From positions 1 to 38,726 of IMG/VR virus record IMGVR_UViG_3300016654_000301: a stretch of 38,726 bases of DNA; one strand, written 5' to 3'. The notes under the pieces are model-generated. The model did no database searches. It was not told where the DNA came from and saw only the letters and a program-made list of their open reading frames with translations. Position 1 is the first letter of the stretch, and every line of letters begins with the position of its first letter. The DNA is from a virus. Taxonomy: Duplodnaviria > Caudoviricetes. Positions 35,994-38,726 of this stretch are shown one piece after another. The position numbers and the translations under genes are program-made.

Positions 35994-36508
35994 TGGTCGT
36001 TCCGTGGAAATCCGTCGGCAGGGTGCTGCTGGTGCTGATCGGCGCCACCGGCGCGTGGCAATTTCAGGATTGGCGCTACGGCAAGCAGCTGGCGGAGCAG
36101 GCCAGGCTGCACACCGAAACCCTGAATCAGCTGACCATGGCGGCCGCCACCGCGCAGCAGGCCGAGCAGGACAAGCGGCTTGCGCTCGAGCAGCGGCTGG
36201 CGGCCAGTGACAAAACGCACTCCGAGAAAATGACCAATGCTCAAAAATCTCAGGCTGTTCTGCGCGATCGCCTTGCCACTTCTGATCTGCGGCTGTCAGT
36301 CCTCCTCGACGCGGGTTCAGCCGGTGGCTGTTCAGTGCCTGCCACCCCCCGCGCCTGCGGCGTGGATCATGCAGCCGTACGCGCCCGACTTGACCCAGCG
36401 CATGCTCAACGAATTGTCGTCATCACCGACGAAGGTGACCGGGGACTGATCGCGCTTCAGGCGTGCCAGGCTTATGTTAGGGCGTTGGCGCCAAGTCGGT
36501 ATGAATGA
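35993..36508 (+). CDS. Rz-like i-spanin
   Basis: N-terminal TM helix, WQFQDWRYG, coiled coil, LQACQAY. Confidence 0.88.
   Translation: MVVPWKSVGRVLLVLIGATGAWQFQDWRYGKQLAEQARLHTETLNQLTMAAATAQQAEQDKRLALEQRLAASDKTHSEKMTNAQKSQAVLRDRLATSDLRLSVLLDAGSAGGCSVPATPRACGVDHAAVRARLDPAHAQRIVVITDEGDRGLIALQACQAYVRALAPSRYE
36237..36449 (+). CDS. Rz1-like o-spanin lipoprotein nested in the +1 frame
   Basis: Lipobox LICG-C and Pro-rich CLPPPAPAAWIM. Confidence 0.8.
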   Translation: MLKNLRLFCAIALPLLICGCQSSSTRVQPVAVQCLPPPAPAAWIMQPYAPDLTQRMLNELSSSPTKVTGD

Positions 36509-36853
36509 CTACACGATTGTTTTCGTGTTGGGTGTTAGCCCTTCCAACATGCCGCGAAGAGCTGCCGCCTCCTTCTTGTGCGCATTCGCCGAAGTGCGCA
36601 GGCTAGACATTTCTCGGCGGAGTAATGCCGTCTCTGCGGCCTTTTCACGCAGCGTCGCCATGTAACCATCACGCTGTTGTATAGCTTCTGCGTGCATCTC
36701 GACCAGCTTGAATATCCGTTCCCGCTCTTCCCGGAGCTGACGGGTCAGTTCCTCGAACTCATTTTCGTAGAGTGCGAGCTGTTGGCGGCAGGTTTCGAGC
36801 GGCGTCGGACAGCCGAGCCAGTCGTCGGTGCTTTCGATATCGGAAGGATCCAT
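36509..36853 (-). CDS. Coiled-coil hypothetical protein under a LexA box
   Basis: 114 aa; acidic N-terminus DDWLGCPTPLE followed by a long coiled coil. Confidence 0.75.
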   Translation of the reverse strand: MDPSDIESTDDWLGCPTPLETCRQQLALYENEFEELTRQLREERERIFKLVEMHAEAIQQRDGYMATLREKAAETALLRREMSSLRTSANAHKKEAAALRGMLEGLTPNTKTIV

Positions 36854-36870
36854 GGTTTACCTATTGATCA

Positions 36871-36886
36871 CTGTTTGGATATACAG
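36871..36886. promoter_or_regulatory. LexA (SOS) box
   Basis: CTGTTTGGATATACAG = CTGT-N8-ACAG, 17 bp upstream of ATG 36853. Confidence 0.8.
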
Positions 36887-37052
36887 TAATCGAGGTAGAA
36901 CACGAAGACGAGGCACGACCGACGAATAGCTAGGAATGTGTTCCGCAACCCAAACCGGCACGCTTGCGTTACAGGGGTTGCAACGCGAAAAAAATCAGTA
37001 GCTTGCGGAACGCGAATAGTGCTAACCTATTGATCTACTGAGATTTATAGAT

Positions 37053-37099
37053 GGATTGCAAATCCGCCTACGCCGGTTCGATTCCGACCTCGGCCTCCA
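37053..37099 (+). repeat. attR core: 3' portion of tRNA-Cys(GCA), truncated copy
   Basis: GGATTGCAAATCC anticodon arm, GGTTCGATTCC T-arm and CCA present; acceptor 5' strand and D-arm missing. Confidence 0.88.
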
Positions 37100-37103
37100 C
37101 TAT

Positions 37104-37146
37104 AAACAAGCTCCGTAGATCCATGATTTACGGAGCTTGTTTATTT
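37104..37146 (+). terminator. Hairpin after the tRNA-Cys fragment
   Basis: AAACAAGCTCCGTA...TACGGAGCTTGTTT. Confidence 0.7.
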
Positions 37147-37293
37147 CCAGTGCGCTGCAAGATTTAGTCTTGAAATCAACCACTGTGAACTTGCTTCACC
37201 GGGACGTGATGTATATATTTCCCGCTCTGCTTTACAAGGCTTAACGCTGTCAGGTTTGCTGATCGACTGCTTTGAGCACTACACCGCGCTACC

Positions 37294-37380
37294 GCCCGAA
37301 TGGCGAAACTGGTAGACGCATGGGACTTAAAATCCCCCGCTCGTAAGGGCGTGCCGGTTCGATTCCGGCTTCGGGCACCA
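37294..37380 (+). tRNA. tRNA-Leu (TAA)
   Basis: 87 nt; GCCCGAA/TTCGGGC acceptor stem, anticodon TAA at 37328-37330, long variable arm, GGTTCGATTCC, CCA. Confidence 0.96.
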
Positions 37381-37720
37381 TCTTAAATCAAGGGTTTGCG
37401 GGCGAAAGCTGATGCAGACCCTTGTTTGTTTTCAGGGCACCATTTTTAAATGGCTCGTCGTCAATTCTTCCATGTCCTCTTCTTCCTGTTTGCAAAGACC
37501 GTTGGTCACTTCTTGATGCAATCAATCCTGCGAGCGTCTACGTTTGTGGCTTGGTCGAAGATATCAAAAGTTATTGAGTGAACATTTGAGCTTGACCCGA
37601 TGGCGTTGATATCAGGATGGATCTTGATCAAGGCGCGGTACATCGCTCAGGCGATGGGCATTCAGACGGCCTGTCTGTTACGCCAGACCCGCCATTTTTG
37701 ACGTGTTAAGGAGAACACCG

Positions 37721-38161
37721 ATGGCAATCAATCAAGTGCACGCAGCAACCGATAAAACCGCTCTCGTCGAAGCCGAGGTGTACCGTTGGTACAATCTCTT
37801 CTTTCCGTGGTCGCGCGGTATGTCTTCCCGGTCGGAAGGGGCCATCAAACCCCTGTACGACGCGTTGGCGAATGACTTTCGTGTGGTACTCACCGACGGA
37901 CAGATCATGAGTCGAGCGGATTATTGGGAGCGACTTTGGGGTTTGTATGGCAAGCGTGCTGGAAGCCCTGAATCGCACATCACCAACCTCTCGATCACAT
38001 CGCTTCCAGGGGACTGCTTCCTGGCCGTCTTCGATCTTGTCAAAGACGGCATCACCAAAAAGAAAGTCGATTCGGCGCTTATGCGCCTCGACCAGACCTC
38101 GCCATCCGGAATTTCATGGGTTTACGTGCATGAAAGCGAGCACGAAAGGGCTCTTGCGTAA
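37721..38161 (+). CDS. NTF2/SnoaL-like (DUF4440-type) protein
   Basis: AAGGAG SD; LANDF.VV..DG....R pattern and C-terminal W.YVHES. Confidence 0.7.
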   Translation: MAINQVHAATDKTALVEAEVYRWYNLFFPWSRGMSSRSEGAIKPLYDALANDFRVVLTDGQIMSRADYWERLWGLYGKRAGSPESHITNLSITSLPGDCFLAVFDLVKDGITKKKVDSALMRLDQTSPSGISWVYVHESEHERALA

Positions 38162-38224
38162 GTCACTTGAGTTCTACTCTTGTGGCTGAAAAGCCTGCAT
38201 GTTTTAACGTTGACGAACAATCAG

Positions 38225-38250
38225 GCCCAGCCCCGTGCTGGGCTTTTTTG
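38225..38250 (+). terminator. Intrinsic terminator
   Basis: GCCCAGC-CCCGT-GCTGGGC followed by T6. Confidence 0.75.
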
Positions 38251-38312
38251 TATCTGCTGTTCAGTCAGAAACAACAAGCCCAGGCATGCCCGGGCCGGTT
38301 TAGGGAATACAT

Positions 38313-38474
38313 TCAGCGTGAATCAACCTCTTTTGCAGCCTGGGCGTTTAATCGTTCCTTGCGCCTGCGCAACCAGCTGAAGAATGCATGTACCGGGTGC
38401 AAAAACGCAGCCAGTACGCACAGCAGCATGATGGTGAAAATGGCAATCAGCGGGATGCTTTCGTGCGAGAACAT
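38313..38474 (-). CDS. Small single-TM protein, 53 aa (below the ORF track cutoff)
   Basis: AGGAG SD; MFSHESIPLIAIFTIMLLCVLAAFLHPVHAFFSWLRRRKERLNAQAAKEVDSR. Confidence 0.6.
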   Translation of the reverse strand: MFSHESIPLIAIFTIMLLCVLAAFLHPVHAFFSWLRRRKERLNAQAAKEVDSR

Positions 38475-38594
38475 GGTGGGGTACTCCTGTAGGCACTATG
38501 TTGGAACCCGCAGGCTAGACGCTTAGAGCCATGCTTGCGATGAACGTATGTTCATCCTCGGGCGCTTGAACTGTGCTACGGAGGGTTCACCAAA

Positions 38595-38726
38595 ATGATC
38601 AATTCCAGAGCTGCGCAAGCGCCGGCCTCAGCAGAGGCCAGCGCCGTGCGTGAAGTGATTACGCAGGTGTGTTTTCAGCTGCGTTTCGGCAGCTTCCAGT
38701 TCGGGCGGATGAAATGGCAGGTGTAA
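38595..38726 (+). CDS. Small hypothetical protein, 43 aa
   Basis: GGAGG SD; MINSRAAQAP...GRMKWQV ending in TAA at the window edge. Confidence 0.45.
   Translation: MINSRAAQAPASAEASAVREVITQVCFQLRFGSFQFGRMKWQV

Larger units (their letters stand above)
1..37099. mobile_element. Temperate prophage (lambdoid control region, HK97-like head, Mu-like contractile tail) integrated in tRNA-Cys; left end outside the window
   Basis: Integrase at the left edge, complete ordered early/late modules, and a duplicated tRNA-Cys 3' fragment at the right end. Confidence 0.97.

Noticed and set aside
37053-37099. Intact tRNA-Cys
   Set aside because: The 5' acceptor strand and D-arm are absent; it is the att duplication.

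Overview
Positions 1-37099 are an apparently near-complete temperate prophage, most likely from a Pseudomonas host (PrtN-family gene, tRNA sequences, gene style). It is integrated in a tRNA-Cys(GCA) gene; the duplicated 3' half (attR) is at 37053-37099 and the left junction lies outside the window. The layout is lambdoid. A leftward early operon holds integrase, excisionase-like protein, orphan C5 methyltransferase, HD hydrolase, DUF2303, PrtN-like and KilAC genes. Next come a cI/cro switch, a CII-like gene, a split primase/helicase followed by an iteron array, and a Q-like antiterminator. The late region has holins, HNH/terminase, an HK97-type head, a Mu-like contractile tail, and a distal endolysin/spanin cassette. 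Three morons are inserted in the late region. Host tRNA-Leu(TAA) and small genes follow. The most notable unexplained signals are: (1) a five-copy hairpin-loop motif CCUCUCACCA in both early transcripts; (2) a candidate late sRNA with seeds antisense to a GCACAGCAC motif next to early start codons and to the cro-cII leader; (3) a repressor with no visible autocleavage domain paired with a LexA-box-controlled small gene at the prophage end; (4) a primase whose Toprim domain is split over two coupled ORFs. All product calls come from motif recognition and synteny, not database searches.
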